DNA from: Candidatus Nanopelagicales bacterium
Lineage (GTDB): Bacteria; Actinomycetota; Actinomycetes; S36-B12; UBA5976
Length of the DNA stretch: 64,000 bases
Direction of reading: 5' to 3'
NCBI GenBank assembly: GCA_018402365.1
Contig: JAGYJD010000002.1
Location: 2,859-66,858 of the forward strand
Part shown: piece after piece, positions 23,346 through 34,833 of the stretch
Numbering within the stretch: the stretch's first letter is position 1
How the letters are laid out: the number at the start of each line of letters is the position of its first letter
Notes under the pieces: model-generated
What the model saw: only the letters and a program-made list of their open reading frames with translations
Told to the model about the DNA's origin: nothing
Databases searched by the model: none
Program-made: the position numbers and the translations under genes

Positions 23346-23375
23346 TTGACTAGTAGGGTGTTACAAGCGTGTAAT
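23346..23375 (+). promoter_or_regulatory. putative whiB promoter (TTGACT, 18 nt spacer, TGTAAT)
   Basis: A -35-like TTGACT at 23346-23351 and a -10-like TGTAAT at 23370-23375, about 45 nt upstream of the GGAGG-GTG start. Confidence 0.25.
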
Positions 23376-23418
23376 TCTCTATAGTACAAACAGATTGCTT
23401 AATTGGAGGCGTTATTTA

Positions 23419-23682
23419 GTGAGTGACATGTTGCGCCTAGTCGGCACCGAAGAGCTTGATGAAATGGGCTGGCAGGAAAAGGCGTTATGCGCCCAGACCG
23501 ACCCCGAGGCGTTTTTCCCCGAAAAAGGTGGCTCAACCCGCGAAGCCAAAAAAGTTTGTCTCTCTTGTGACGTTAGGTCCGAATGCTTGGACTATGCGCT
23601 AAAGAATGATGAGAGATTCGGAATTTGGGGTGGACTGAGTGAGCGTGAGCGTAGAAGAATTCGCCGCTCACAAGTCGGATAA
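23419..23682 (+). CDS. whiB: WhiB-family Fe-S transcription factor (WhiB2/WhmD type by synteny)
   Basis: The pattern C-x-C-x2-C-x5-C is present (ALCAQTDPEAFFPE...KKVCLSCDVRSECL), followed by GIWGG and an RRR tail. GGAGG lies 9 nt before GTG at 23419. Confidence 0.9.
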   Translation: MSDMLRLVGTEELDEMGWQEKALCAQTDPEAFFPEKGGSTREAKKVCLSCDVRSECLDYALKNDERFGIWGGLSERERRRIRRSQVG

Positions 23683-23750
23683 GTAATTTCACCAATTAAC
23701 TCAAGGCGAGTCTTTGAAGCAGTAATGTCTTTTATTACTAATCTAATTGC

Positions 23751-24110
23751 GTGAGCTATCTTCGAAGGTGTACTCGACAACTTTGTGCAAAATCAGCAGT
23801 TGCCACTCTCACGTACATCTACGCTGACTCAACTGCAGTCTTGGGGCCCTTAGCTGCCATCGCAGAACCACACACTTACGACTTGTGTAAATTGCATTCT
23901 GAAAAATTAACAACCCCGCGCGGCTGGGAATTAGTTAGATTGCAATTGGAGGGTGAATCGCAAGTACCAAATCATGATGATTTATTGGCACTAGCAAATG
24001 CTGTTCGCGAAGCAGCGCGAGTGCCGGTGTCAGATCCCGATGCAGTAACTCAAAAGCCTTTTTTAAGACTGGTGCCACCTGAAAAGATCGAAGAAGAAAC
24101 TCGCTTTTAA
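23751..24110 (+). CDS. DUF3499 family protein
   Basis: RRCTRQLCAKSAVATLTYIYADSTAVLGPL...HTYDLCKLHSEKLTTPRGWELVR matches the conserved whiB2-neighbour gene (Rv3258c type). Confidence 0.7.
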   Translation: MSYLRRCTRQLCAKSAVATLTYIYADSTAVLGPLAAIAEPHTYDLCKLHSEKLTTPRGWELVRLQLEGESQVPNHDDLLALANAVREAARVPVSDPDAVTQKPFLRLVPPEKIEEETRF

Positions 24111-24140
24111 CCAGTACCGAATTGCACTAGAGTCGATGAG

Positions 24141-25535
24141 ATGAATTGGACAATTGAAGAATTAAATCTACTGTTTAAAGCTTACGATGTGCGTGGAATT
24201 TACCCTGAGCAAATTAACGAAGACTTGGTATATCAAACTGGTCGTGCTTTCGTAGAGGTATTAAATATTCGAAGTGAGGCGGGCGGACCAAATAAGGTTT
24301 TAATTGCGCATGACATGCGCCCATCAGGACCAAGTTTGGTTTCAGCCTTTGCTCGCGGTGTCTGCGATCAAGGAGCAGAGGCAATTTTGATTGGCTTAGC
24401 GAGTACTGACGGGCTTTATTTTGCTTCTGGAAAATTACATTTACCCGGCGCCATGTTTACCGCAAGCCACAATCCTGCCCAATACAACGGGATCAAATTG
24501 GCGCGACCGGGTGCAGCACCTGTGGGTAAAGCAACTGGATTGCGAGAAATAAAAGAATTAGTAGCTGAGGGAATTAAAGATTTTCAAGGACCAAAGGGCC
24601 AAACTTCTGAGCAAGAAATGGTTTATGAGTACGCAGACTTTTTAAATTCACTAGTTGATTTAAGTCAAATTAGAAAGTTGAAAGTAGTGATAGACGCAGG
24701 AAACGGCATGGGTGGTTACACAGCGCCTAAGGTGCTGCAGCACAAGAATTTAGAAATAGAAAGTATGTATTTTGAATTAGACGGAAACTTTCCAAATCAT
24801 GAGGCCAATCCCATTGAACCAAAAAATTTAGTAGATCTACAAAAAAGAGTGCAAGAAGTAAAAGCAGATTTAGGAATAGCCTTTGATGGCGATGCTGATC
24901 GAGCCTTTTTTGTAGATGAAAATGCCGAATTAATAACACCGTCCGCGGTGACTGCTTTAATTGCAGAGCGAGAGTTAAAGCGCGAGCCAAATTCTGCCAT
25001 TATTTATAACTTGATCACATCTAGAGCAGTAGCCGAAGTGGTGAAAGAAAATGGTGGAACACCCGTCCGAACCAGAGTCGGTCACTCATTTATAAAACAG
25101 GTAATGAAAGAGCACAACGCTATATTTGGTGGAGAGCATTCAGGGCATTTTTATTTTCGCGATTTTTGGTTTGCAGATAGCGGAATGCTGGCAGCACTTC
25201 ACGTTTTGGCTGCTTTGGGGGAGCAAGACCAAGAAGTTACTATTTCTAAAATGATGAAGCGCTACAACAGGTATTTTGCGTCTGGCGAAATAAATACCAA
25301 AGTTGCTTCACCACAACAAACTAGTGAAAGGGTCAAAGACTTTTTCGCATCCAATTTTGAAGCTCAGATCGATGATTTAGATGGCCTCACCTTTTCCACT
25401 GACGACTGGTGGGTGAATGTGCGAGCCTCGAACACCGAACCTTTACTAAGATTCAATGCAGAGGCGAAAACCCAAGAATTGCTCTTTGAGATTCGAGATC
25501 GGGTTTTAGCAGTAATTCGAGAGGATGAGAAATGA
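24141..25535 (+). CDS. manB: phosphomannomutase/phosphoglucomutase
   Basis: Active-site loop FTASHNPAQYNG, metal loop AFDGDADR, and GGEHSGH. Confidence 0.88.
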   Translation: MNWTIEELNLLFKAYDVRGIYPEQINEDLVYQTGRAFVEVLNIRSEAGGPNKVLIAHDMRPSGPSLVSAFARGVCDQGAEAILIGLASTDGLYFASGKLHLPGAMFTASHNPAQYNGIKLARPGAAPVGKATGLREIKELVAEGIKDFQGPKGQTSEQEMVYEYADFLNSLVDLSQIRKLKVVIDAGNGMGGYTAPKVLQHKNLEIESMYFELDGNFPNHEANPIEPKNLVDLQKRVQEVKADLGIAFDGDADRAFFVDENAELITPSAVTALIAERELKREPNSAIIYNLITSRAVAEVVKENGGTPVRTRVGHSFIKQVMKEHNAIFGGEHSGHFYFRDFWFADSGMLAALHVLAALGEQDQEVTISKMMKRYNRYFASGEINTKVASPQQTSERVKDFFASNFEAQIDDLDGLTFSTDDWWVNVRASNTEPLLRFNAEAKTQELLFEIRDRVLAVIREDEK

Positions 25536-25726
25536 CGTCGGTTATACGTCCTGAGCTCTTAGAAATTTTGGCCTGCCCCTGCCCAGCGCATGCGGCAGTA
25601 GAAGTTTCCAAAGACGATCGCCACATTGTTTGCACTAAGTGTGAAACCAAGTTTCCGATCAAAGATGCAATCCCCGTTATGTTGCTAGATGAAGCCGAGG
25701 CGGGCCCCCGAGGCATCGGCGGCTAA
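25532..25726 (+). CDS. Trm112 family small zinc-ribbon protein
   Basis: 64 aa with LLEILACPC...IVCTKCETKFPIKDAIPVMLLDEA. There is a 4-nt overlap with manB. Confidence 0.7.
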   Translation: MTSVIRPELLEILACPCPAHAAVEVSKDDRHIVCTKCETKFPIKDAIPVMLLDEAEAGPRGIGG

Positions 25727-25729
25727 TAA

Positions 25730-26758
25730 ATGACACCACAACCAAAAGTTGTGAAGGTTAGGGGTTTTTTAAAAAACTACGCTTGGGGACGGCTCAACGG
25801 TTTATCAGAGTTCATGCAAGAGCCTTCACCGCAACCACAAGCGGAGCTTTGGTTTGGCAATCATAAAGCGGGCCCTAGTTTAGATCTTGCAACTGGATTA
25901 TCCGTGGCAATCGAACCTGCCGCACCCTTATTAGTCAAGTTATTAGCGATCTCGCAGCCGCTTTCAATACAAGTACATCCTGATGAAAATTTTGCCAGAG
26001 CTAACTATGAAAAATTAAAATTAAGTGACAAAAATGGAAAAGATGAAATTATCGTTGCCCTAGAAACAGTTTGGGCTTTCGCGGGCATAAAAAGCATGAC
26101 AGAGCGCAAAAGAATTTTGGGACAATTAGATTTATCCACTGAAATTACTGACTTCAAAGAACAAAGTAAAGAAATTTTTTTATTGAATGCCCAACAGGTA
26201 ACAAAAAAAATTGATTTATTAATCCAAAGCATTGAAGACGAAGTCGAACGTAAAGCTTTTAAAGTCTTAGTTGAATATTACCCCAATGATCGGGGAGTTT
26301 TAATTGCTGGCTTGCTGCAATTCCATGTACTCAATCCCGGTGAGGCGCTTCACGTACCACCCGGGTGTCCCCATGAGTACTTAAGTGGAATTGCTCTAGA
26401 AGTAATGACTAATTCGGACAATGTATTTCGAATGGGATTGACGATAAAGCCCCTCGATATTGAACATTCGTTGCAAGTTATTACTGAAAACAAAATTGAA
26501 AAATTTACTAAAGGAGAAAGATATAAACCTAAAGCAATTTTTGAAATACTTGATTTGACCGCTGTAAAATCGATCATTCCAGCAAGTAGTTATCGGGTAT
26601 TACTGTGCTTGGAGGGTGAAGTAAAGATTCAGTCAGGGCCAGCGGGTTATGGCCTCAAAAAAGGCGAGGCATTACTGATTACAGATAGCACAGAAGTAGA
26701 AGTTGAGGTAAACGGCCGAGCCGTAGTTGCTATGACAACAAATGATGGCAGACTGTAA
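25730..26758 (+). CDS. manA: class I mannose-6-phosphate isomerase
   Basis: NYAWG, LSIQVHPD and VPPGCPHEY cupin metal-site motifs. Confidence 0.8.
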   Translation: MTPQPKVVKVRGFLKNYAWGRLNGLSEFMQEPSPQPQAELWFGNHKAGPSLDLATGLSVAIEPAAPLLVKLLAISQPLSIQVHPDENFARANYEKLKLSDKNGKDEIIVALETVWAFAGIKSMTERKRILGQLDLSTEITDFKEQSKEIFLLNAQQVTKKIDLLIQSIEDEVERKAFKVLVEYYPNDRGVLIAGLLQFHVLNPGEALHVPPGCPHEYLSGIALEVMTNSDNVFRMGLTIKPLDIEHSLQVITENKIEKFTKGERYKPKAIFEILDLTAVKSIIPASSYRVLLCLEGEVKIQSGPAGYGLKKGEALLITDSTEVEVEVNGRAVVAMTTNDGRL

Positions 26759-26765
26759 CCCTTGA

Positions 26766-28250
<1,485 letters not shown>

Positions 28251-28940
28251 ATGAAGAAAGTGCAATGGGGAATTCCCAGCGCAATTTTTAGTTTAGTTTT
28301 TACAATTCTGCTAGCACTAGCGGTTGCACAATTCACTAGTGAAGTATTGAAGTTGCCAGTAGCTGAAACGCTTTTATGGAGCCTTGCGGCGCAAACTCTG
28401 GGATTGCTGTTGGTCCCTTTTTATATTTCTTACAAAAAAGGAAACGGCCCTAAACACGATTTTGGGTTACAGCTGCGTAAGAGTGATATCAAAATTGGAA
28501 TAGGGTACGGATTTTTGATATTAGTCGTGGCGTTACTGATTGCCTCGGTACAAATGTCTCTCACTGGAGAGTTTACTTCTGCTGCCGCTAATGCTTCCGC
28601 AGTTTTTTATGAAAATTGGAAGTTACTACTTATTTTTATATTTATGGTAGCAATCGTTGGACCCTTTGTAGAAGAGGTGGCTTTTCGAGGAATGTGGTTT
28701 AGCGCGCTCGAGCGAAAATTTAACAATCAAGCAATTGCAATTGGGGGCTCGGCTTTGGTCTTCTCAGTTATCCACTTAGAAGTTGAGCGAATTTTTCTAA
28801 TTTTTATCACTGGTTTAATTTTGGGTTATTTAAGAGCAAAGACAAAGTCTTTAGGAGCTCCTATTATTGCCCACATGGTAAACAATACGCCAGGCGCTTT
28901 AGGTTTTTTAATCTTAACTACTAGCCCCTTGCCGATTTAA
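28251..28940 (+). CDS. CPBP (CAAX/Abi) family intramembrane metalloprotease
   Basis: EEVAFRG, FSVIHL and HMVNN motifs in a polytopic protein. Confidence 0.75.
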   Translation: MKKVQWGIPSAIFSLVFTILLALAVAQFTSEVLKLPVAETLLWSLAAQTLGLLLVPFYISYKKGNGPKHDFGLQLRKSDIKIGIGYGFLILVVALLIASVQMSLTGEFTSAAANASAVFYENWKLLLIFIFMVAIVGPFVEEVAFRGMWFSALERKFNNQAIAIGGSALVFSVIHLEVERIFLIFITGLILGYLRAKTKSLGAPIIAHMVNNTPGALGFLILTTSPLPI

Positions 28941-29856
28941 GATTCTCTGCAAGATTTTCATGCCTAATTCTTTGATCGGTATAAAGCAAAGCTAAATAGC
29001 TAGCAAAAAAAGCAAGTAATAATGTATAGCCCAAAATTGCGCCGACAGTCTCTATAAATACTGAAGAAGTTGTTAACTCACCTGCCGTAGTAAAGATTTG
29101 TGAAATAATTGAGAAAGGCAATTGAACTAATAGGGCTAATGCTTGAGCCATAATCGTTGCCCAAATGGTTCCAAAGAAAATTCTTGCAAAATTCTTTTTA
29201 ACAAGCGCTCTTGATCTTATTAGAGAGAGCCTGATCGAAGTATTTTCTATTACTAAAATACAAGGAGCTAATAGCAAGCTGGTCCAAATTACAATTAACA
29301 AACCTACCGAAAAAATCAAAGTTATGGACATAATAAAACTTGCCACTACAGGTGAAAATATACTTGAGATTAGTAAAGCCAAAAAAATTGGACCTAAAAA
29401 GCCCGCAACTAAAAATATCATTATTACCAAAGACAATAAAAATAGTTTTCCAATTAGTGGCTTGGTTCTTAACCACGTTTCGTTTCTACTGAGCTTGTTG
29501 CCGGTAATTAAAAAACCAACAGCGGGTGCGATGATTCCAGAAACAATTCCTTGAAAAAAATATAGTGAGAGGGTAAGAAACATGACCACAGTTAAAGTAG
29601 GAAGCAGTGCATTAAAAAGTGCCTCAAGTTGTTCGGGGCTTGGCTGGCTTGAGGTCGAAAGTTGATTGAGCGTTAAATTCAGTGACTGCGGGGAAGGGCT
29701 CAGATAAATCGCGGCTAGTGAAAAAAACCCAAGAATCATTGCAAAATTTAGCGAAATAGCCAAGGTGCCAGCAGGATTTTTGAAAAGAGCCCGCAAGGCC
29801 GCCCCAACGATTTCATTTATTCGTAAGGGTCGAATTTCGATTAGACCTGGTTCCAT
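28921..29856 (-). CDS. polytopic membrane protein of unknown function
   Basis: 311 aa with the N-terminus IRPLRINEIVGAALRALFKNP followed by about 6-7 TM helices. I recognise no catalytic motif. Confidence 0.5.
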   Translation of the reverse strand: MEPGLIEIRPLRINEIVGAALRALFKNPAGTLAISLNFAMILGFFSLAAIYLSPSPQSLNLTLNQLSTSSQPSPEQLEALFNALLPTLTVVMFLTLSLYFFQGIVSGIIAPAVGFLITGNKLSRNETWLRTKPLIGKLFLLSLVIMIFLVAGFLGPIFLALLISSIFSPVVASFIMSITLIFSVGLLIVIWTSLLLAPCILVIENTSIRLSLIRSRALVKKNFARIFFGTIWATIMAQALALLVQLPFSIISQIFTTAGELTTSSVFIETVGAILGYTLLLAFFASYLALLYTDQRIRHENLAENLKSARG

Positions 29857-29912
29857 AGACTTAGATCACCTCCATTACCACCATGCTACGAGAGGGGGCG
29901 CGGGTTTTTCTT

Positions 29913-30581
29913 ATGGCACAGGTACTAGTTATAGATGACGACGCAGCGCTCTCTGAGATGCTGGGAATTGTTTTGCGAGCTGAAGGCTTTCAAGCGCATT
30001 TTTGTGAAGATGGCGTAAAAGCTATGAAAGCCTTTCGAGACTCCAAACCAGATTTAGTTTTATTGGATTTGATGTTGCCTGGGATTGATGGGATCGAAGT
30101 TTGTCGATCTATCCGTAATGAATCGGGTGTACCGATCGTGATGCTTACTGCAAGAGGAGACACACTAGACATTGTTCACGGGTTAGAGTCTGGTGCTGAT
30201 GATTACATTGTTAAGCCGTTTAAGCCAAAAGAATTGATTGCTCGTATCAAGGCCCGTTTAAGAAACGAACCAGTTGTAGTTGAAACTTTAAATTTAAGTG
30301 ATTTAACGATAGATATAGCAGGACATCAAGTCTTAAGAAATAATGTAGAGATTTCGCTTACCCCACTTGAATTTGACCTACTCGCAGCATTGGCAAAAAA
30401 ACCTTGGCAGGTATTTACTAGAGAGCAATTACTTACTGAAGTTTGGAATTACCGTCATCCCGCCGATACTCGATTAGTAAATGTCCATGTACAACGATTA
30501 AGGGCAAAGATTGAATTAGATCCAGATAATCCACAAATAGTTATGACGGTCAGAGGCGTTGGGTACAAGGCAGGTCCGTGA
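29913..30581 (+). CDS. mtrA: OmpR-family response regulator MtrA
   Basis: VLVIDDD...DLVLLDLMLPGIDG receiver domain and the wHTH ADTRLVNVHVQRLRAKIE...TVRGVGYKAGP, nearly identical to the MtrA C-terminus. An alternative ATG lies at 29883. Confidence 0.9.
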   Translation: MAQVLVIDDDAALSEMLGIVLRAEGFQAHFCEDGVKAMKAFRDSKPDLVLLDLMLPGIDGIEVCRSIRNESGVPIVMLTARGDTLDIVHGLESGADDYIVKPFKPKELIARIKARLRNEPVVVETLNLSDLTIDIAGHQVLRNNVEISLTPLEFDLLAALAKKPWQVFTREQLLTEVWNYRHPADTRLVNVHVQRLRAKIELDPDNPQIVMTVRGVGYKAGP

Positions 30582-32191
30582 AATCAATTTCAGCCGCAAG
30601 AAACTTTTGGCGGCATTCTCTACAATTTAGGGTATCCACCACAACTTTTATTGCTTCTTTTGTAGTAGTTGCACTTTTGGGCTGGCTATTAATTTCTAGA
30701 ATTTCAGGCGGAGTATTAACTGGCAAAGAAACACAAAGTATGACTGAGGCGATGTCAGCTTTTAGCGAAGCCCAGCGAATTGTGGCGGCAACAGACACTG
30801 GTGCGGGTTCTATTAATACTAGTTTGATTGCAGACACACTAGTTTCTTCTTTAGTGATTCGGGCAGGCCAAGCAGGTCTCTATGAAATCTTGCTACTGTC
30901 ACCTCGTCAAGAAGGTGCCATCATTCCCGAACGTGGAACAAATTTGGTGGCTGTTACCAGTGTTGACGAAGAGTTGCGAAGTAGAGTTGAAAACGCTGAG
31001 CGTTTGCTTTGGTCTTATACAACAATAAATTACCTAGATGGCCGCAGCTCACCAGGATTGGCTTATGGGGCTCCGATTTCTGTGCCTGGAATTGATACCT
31101 ATCTACTTTTTTTGCTTTTCCCATTAACGCAGGAGCAGCAAACTCTGGCTTTAGTGCAGTCGGCGGTAATTTTCACCGGTTTTCTTTTAGTTTTTTTATT
31201 AGTGGGAGTGGTTAGTTTTGTTATTGGTGGAGTGCTGCGACCAGTTCGAACCGCTGCGCAAGCCGCTGAAAAACTTAGAATGGGTTTGTTAAGTGAGCGA
31301 GTGCCTGTAGTCGGAGATGACGATTTAGCTACTTTGGCACTTTCCTTTAATTCAATGGCAGAATCCTTGCAGCAACAAATTATGCAACTTGAACAACTTT
31401 CTAGCATGCAAAGGAGATTCGTATCTGACGTTTCGCATGAGCTGAGAACTCCACTTACCACCGTGAGAATGGCAGCTGATGTGCTTTATGAGGCGCGAGA
31501 AAACTATGACGGTGAAGTCGCGCGCAGTGCTGAATTATTGTCAAATCAGTTAGAGAGGTTTGAATCCTTACTTAGTGAATTACTCGAAATAAGTAGGTTT
31601 GATGCGCAAGTTGCTGAATTGCAATTAAGTAAGGTAGATCTAGCAGAGGTTACTAATTTAGTTGCTCAGTCGCTATCAGGTTTAATTGAAAAACGTAAAG
31701 CCCCAATTAAAATATCTGGCTCGGTACCTGAAATTTTAGCTGATGCGCGCCGAGTTGAAAGAATTATAAGAAATTTAATTTCTAACGCAGTGGAATATGG
31801 AACCGGTAATCCAATCGAAATTCAATTTGGTTCTAATCTAGAAGCGGTGGCCATGGTAATTCGTGATTTTGGCCCAGGTTTAAAATCAGATGAAACCCGC
31901 TTAGTGTTCAATAGATTCTGGCGAGCAGATCCGGCCAGAACTCGGGTAAGCGGTGGCACTGGCTTAGGACTCTCAATTGCCTTAGAAGATGCTCGACTCC
32001 ACGGTGGGTGGATTGATGCGGCTGGCGCTACCGGTAAGGGCGCTATGTTTCGTCTAACTTTGCCAAAAGAAATACATCTTGAGCTCATTAAGTCACCCTT
32101 AGCTTTAGGTTTCGATGAAGAAAAAACTTTTCAAATTAATACTTTTTTTAGTGTGAGTGAAAAATTAGATGATGCGAGCACTCAGCGATGA
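30578..32191 (+). CDS. mtrB: sensor histidine kinase MtrB
   Basis: Two TM helices, a HAMP domain, the H-box FVSDVSHELRTPLT, and N/G boxes (NAVEYG, GGTGLGLSI). There is a 4-nt overlap with mtrA. Confidence 0.9.
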   Translation: MKSISAARNFWRHSLQFRVSTTTFIASFVVVALLGWLLISRISGGVLTGKETQSMTEAMSAFSEAQRIVAATDTGAGSINTSLIADTLVSSLVIRAGQAGLYEILLLSPRQEGAIIPERGTNLVAVTSVDEELRSRVENAERLLWSYTTINYLDGRSSPGLAYGAPISVPGIDTYLLFLLFPLTQEQQTLALVQSAVIFTGFLLVFLLVGVVSFVIGGVLRPVRTAAQAAEKLRMGLLSERVPVVGDDDLATLALSFNSMAESLQQQIMQLEQLSSMQRRFVSDVSHELRTPLTTVRMAADVLYEARENYDGEVARSAELLSNQLERFESLLSELLEISRFDAQVAELQLSKVDLAEVTNLVAQSLSGLIEKRKAPIKISGSVPEILADARRVERIIRNLISNAVEYGTGNPIEIQFGSNLEAVAMVIRDFGPGLKSDETRLVFNRFWRADPARTRVSGGTGLGLSIALEDARLHGGWIDAAGATGKGAMFRLTLPKEIHLELIKSPLALGFDEEKTFQINTFFSVSEKLDDASTQR

Positions 32192-33867
32192 AAAAACTTG
32201 TTGGATTATTGAGTATTTCACTACTTTTAGTGGGTTGTGTTGGAGTACCAAGCACCAGCACAATTTATGAAGGGGATCCACTCGAAAATCCAGATGCTGC
32301 CTCAGTGGTAAGAGTGATTGCCCGAGGTCCAGAACCGGGAATGAATCAAATTGAAATAGTTCAAGGTTTCTTAAATGCTTCTGCTTCTAGCGAAAACGAT
32401 TATGCGGTCGCTCGGTCTTTTTTAGCACCAATTGCTGCGAGTACTTGGAACCCGTCTCAAGTTATTCAAATTTATGAGGGTGTCGGACGACTAAATTCAA
32501 GTAAAATCAATTCAATAATTTTTACTGCACCTAAAGATGGTGAGATAAACGCAGTAAATCGATATCAATTAGCCCTGGCTCAAGAGGGATTAAGCCAAGA
32601 TTTTCGTTTAGTGCAAATAGCAGGAGAGTGGAGAATACAAAATGCTCCTCGAGGACTACTGATCTCTAAGGCCGACTTAAATCGTGGCTACAGAATTTAT
32701 CCGCTGTGGTTTCCAGATCTGTCAGGGCAAGTTTTAGTTCCAGACCCAGTGATTGTGCCGCAAGCGGTGAGTGGCACCGCTACGTTACTAATGCAAATTT
32801 TGCTAAAGGGGCCAAGTAGAGATTTAGCAGTTGGTGTCAAAACTGCGTTTCCGCAAGGGGTAGAACTTTCATTAGCAGCAGTAACGATCGAAAACTCAGT
32901 CGCTTCGGTGAGTTTAAATGCTGCGGCCTTAAATACTTCCCCTCAACAAAGACTTTTGATGAGTGGGCAGATTACTAAAACCCTCACTTCTTTACCGGGA
33001 GTAAATGCTGTAAGAATCACAGTCGGAAGCCAAGCTTTGCCAATCGAAGATAAGCCGGTGCAACAAACCGCTTCTGATTGGCAAGAACTAATGGCGGACA
33101 CAAATAGAAATCAATCAGCTACCGCGACTTTCAATGGACGCCTATTTCAAGTGGAAGACACTTCAATCACAACCCCGTTTCCAGCTTTTTTGTCCAGACA
33201 GCCATCGAATTATCGCGCTGGAGCGATTGATCGAGCTGGCTCGATTTATGCAGCTTTGAGTAGCGATGGAACCCGTTTGTATGTTGGAAATCTAGCGGGT
33301 ACTGCTGAACCGCAGTTGGTTATTTCGGGTAATTCATTTAGAGATCCAATCATTGATCGAAGTGGCTTTACTTGGATTACTTCACCAGATGGCGTGCAGG
33401 TTGTTAGTGGTGCTGAGGTTAAAAACGTAATCGTTGAAGAAAATTTAGATGAAAACGAAATTGTTGATGTAATTCCTGCCCCAGATGGAGTTAGGGCGGC
33501 GGTTATCCTCAACACCATTTCTGGCAATCAACTGAGACTTGCAACAATAGAGCGCGATGCTACCAGTATTAGATTAACTAGATTCAGAACTGTAGATAAA
33601 GTTTGGAACAATATCGCGCAAGTTAGTTGGCAAACGAATAATATCTTGATTTTACTAGACACAACTGCTGACTTATCGACTGTCGCTTCTATTGATACCC
33701 TTACTAACACCTCTCGGGTAATTGATTTTATCGAAGAGGCAGTAGCAATTAGTGCTTCGCCAGTTTTTCCAACTTTAGTTCAAACACAAGATGGGTCACT
33801 GCTAGAAGCAAGTGAAACCGATTGGCGATATCTGGGTAATTTTCAAAATCCGCAATACCCTGGGTAG
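32188..33867 (+). CDS. lpqB: lipoprotein LpqB
   Basis: Lipobox LLLVGC. It is 559 aa, overlaps mtrB by 4 nt, and occupies the canonical mtrAB-lpqB position. Confidence 0.85.
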   Translation: MKKLVGLLSISLLLVGCVGVPSTSTIYEGDPLENPDAASVVRVIARGPEPGMNQIEIVQGFLNASASSENDYAVARSFLAPIAASTWNPSQVIQIYEGVGRLNSSKINSIIFTAPKDGEINAVNRYQLALAQEGLSQDFRLVQIAGEWRIQNAPRGLLISKADLNRGYRIYPLWFPDLSGQVLVPDPVIVPQAVSGTATLLMQILLKGPSRDLAVGVKTAFPQGVELSLAAVTIENSVASVSLNAAALNTSPQQRLLMSGQITKTLTSLPGVNAVRITVGSQALPIEDKPVQQTASDWQELMADTNRNQSATATFNGRLFQVEDTSITTPFPAFLSRQPSNYRAGAIDRAGSIYAALSSDGTRLYVGNLAGTAEPQLVISGNSFRDPIIDRSGFTWITSPDGVQVVSGAEVKNVIVEENLDENEIVDVIPAPDGVRAAVILNTISGNQLRLATIERDATSIRLTRFRTVDKVWNNIAQVSWQTNNILILLDTTADLSTVASIDTLTNTSRVIDFIEEAVAISASPVFPTLVQTQDGSLLEASETDWRYLGNFQNPQYPG

Positions 33868-33926
33868 TTATCCACAAGTCACTTTTTTAGTTGACGAGTA
33901 CTCGCAAAAAATGACTTAATTACCTA

Positions 33927-34562
33927 ATGATATTTGTCGGTATTAGAGATTTGGTGTTTCCGCGAACTTGTGTTTTTTGCGGGACCGGCAGGGAATACCT
34001 TTGTCAATCATGCTTTAGTAATTACTTTGCCAGGCCACAATTCACTAGCATAGAAAATATCCCGACCCTATCTATGAGTAGATATCAAGATCTAGTGAGA
34101 GAGTTGGTAATTCGACATAAAGATCATCACTTTATAGGAATTAGAAAATTTTTGTCACAGAGTCTTTCGCTAGGAATAAAGTTATTAGATTTACCCCAAG
34201 ACTGCCAGATTATTTCGATACCAACCGCACAAAAAGAAATCCGAAAACGTTTTGACGATCCTGTCCGCTATATGGTTTCCGACGCTGCTTGTATGGTTAA
34301 AAAAAACTATAATAAAAATATTTTGAAATTGAATCGCTCAAAGCGAGATCAGGTTGGTTTAAACCATAATGAACGGGAGATAAATATGACAGACGTTTTT
34401 CGGGTAAATCAGATTGTGAAGCAGGTAATAGTTTGTGACGACGTAGTGACGAGTGGCGCCACGCTACGCGCTGCCACTCGCACACTGAACGAGGCAGGAA
34501 TCGAAGTTTTTGCGAATATTTGTGTGGCAAATACTCCAAAAACCCTGCAATATTTGAAGTAA
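33927..34562 (+). CDS. comF: ComF family phosphoribosyltransferase-like protein
   Basis: An N-terminal Cys pair (CVFCG...CQSC) and a C-terminal PRT loop (VIVCDDVVTSGATL). Its position between lpqB and hpf matches Rv3242c. Confidence 0.7.
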   Translation: MIFVGIRDLVFPRTCVFCGTGREYLCQSCFSNYFARPQFTSIENIPTLSMSRYQDLVRELVIRHKDHHFIGIRKFLSQSLSLGIKLLDLPQDCQIISIPTAQKEIRKRFDDPVRYMVSDAACMVKKNYNKNILKLNRSKRDQVGLNHNEREINMTDVFRVNQIVKQVIVCDDVVTSGATLRAATRTLNEAGIEVFANICVANTPKTLQYLK

Positions 34563-34586
34563 TTGATTCACCAGTAGGTTTGTCTC

Positions 34587-34833
34587 ATGGCACTAAACCG
34601 GGTTCGTGGTTGCGCTGGTGAATTCCAGCAAGCCGAAGCTAGCCGCAGGCAAAACGGTCCACGTAAGTCAAGGAAACTTGTATGAGCACGGTGCGGTTTA
34701 GAAGTAAGTCCTGCCTTGCTGCTTCTTGCAGATCAAGAAGAAAAGCAAGAGACGGTCAGTAGTAATAAAAAGTTGCGAAAACTGCTGCAGGCGGATGTGG
34801 GGACGAAAACCAGGTCGAACGGTGCAGTGCCAT
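34587..34833 (+). ncRNA. candidate structured RNA or structured hpf leader (unclassified)
   Basis: It lies in the 300-bp comF-hpf gap. An interrupted closing helix pairs 34587-34611 with 34808-34833, and a strong hairpin spans 34715-34749. See findings. The strand is assumed from the flanking genes. Confidence 0.3.

Noticed and set aside
23725-23745. An AT-rich hairpin AGTAAT-gtctttt-ATTACT after whiB looked like a possible terminator.
   Set aside because: The stem is 6 bp and all A/T, with no following T-tract. It is too weak to call.
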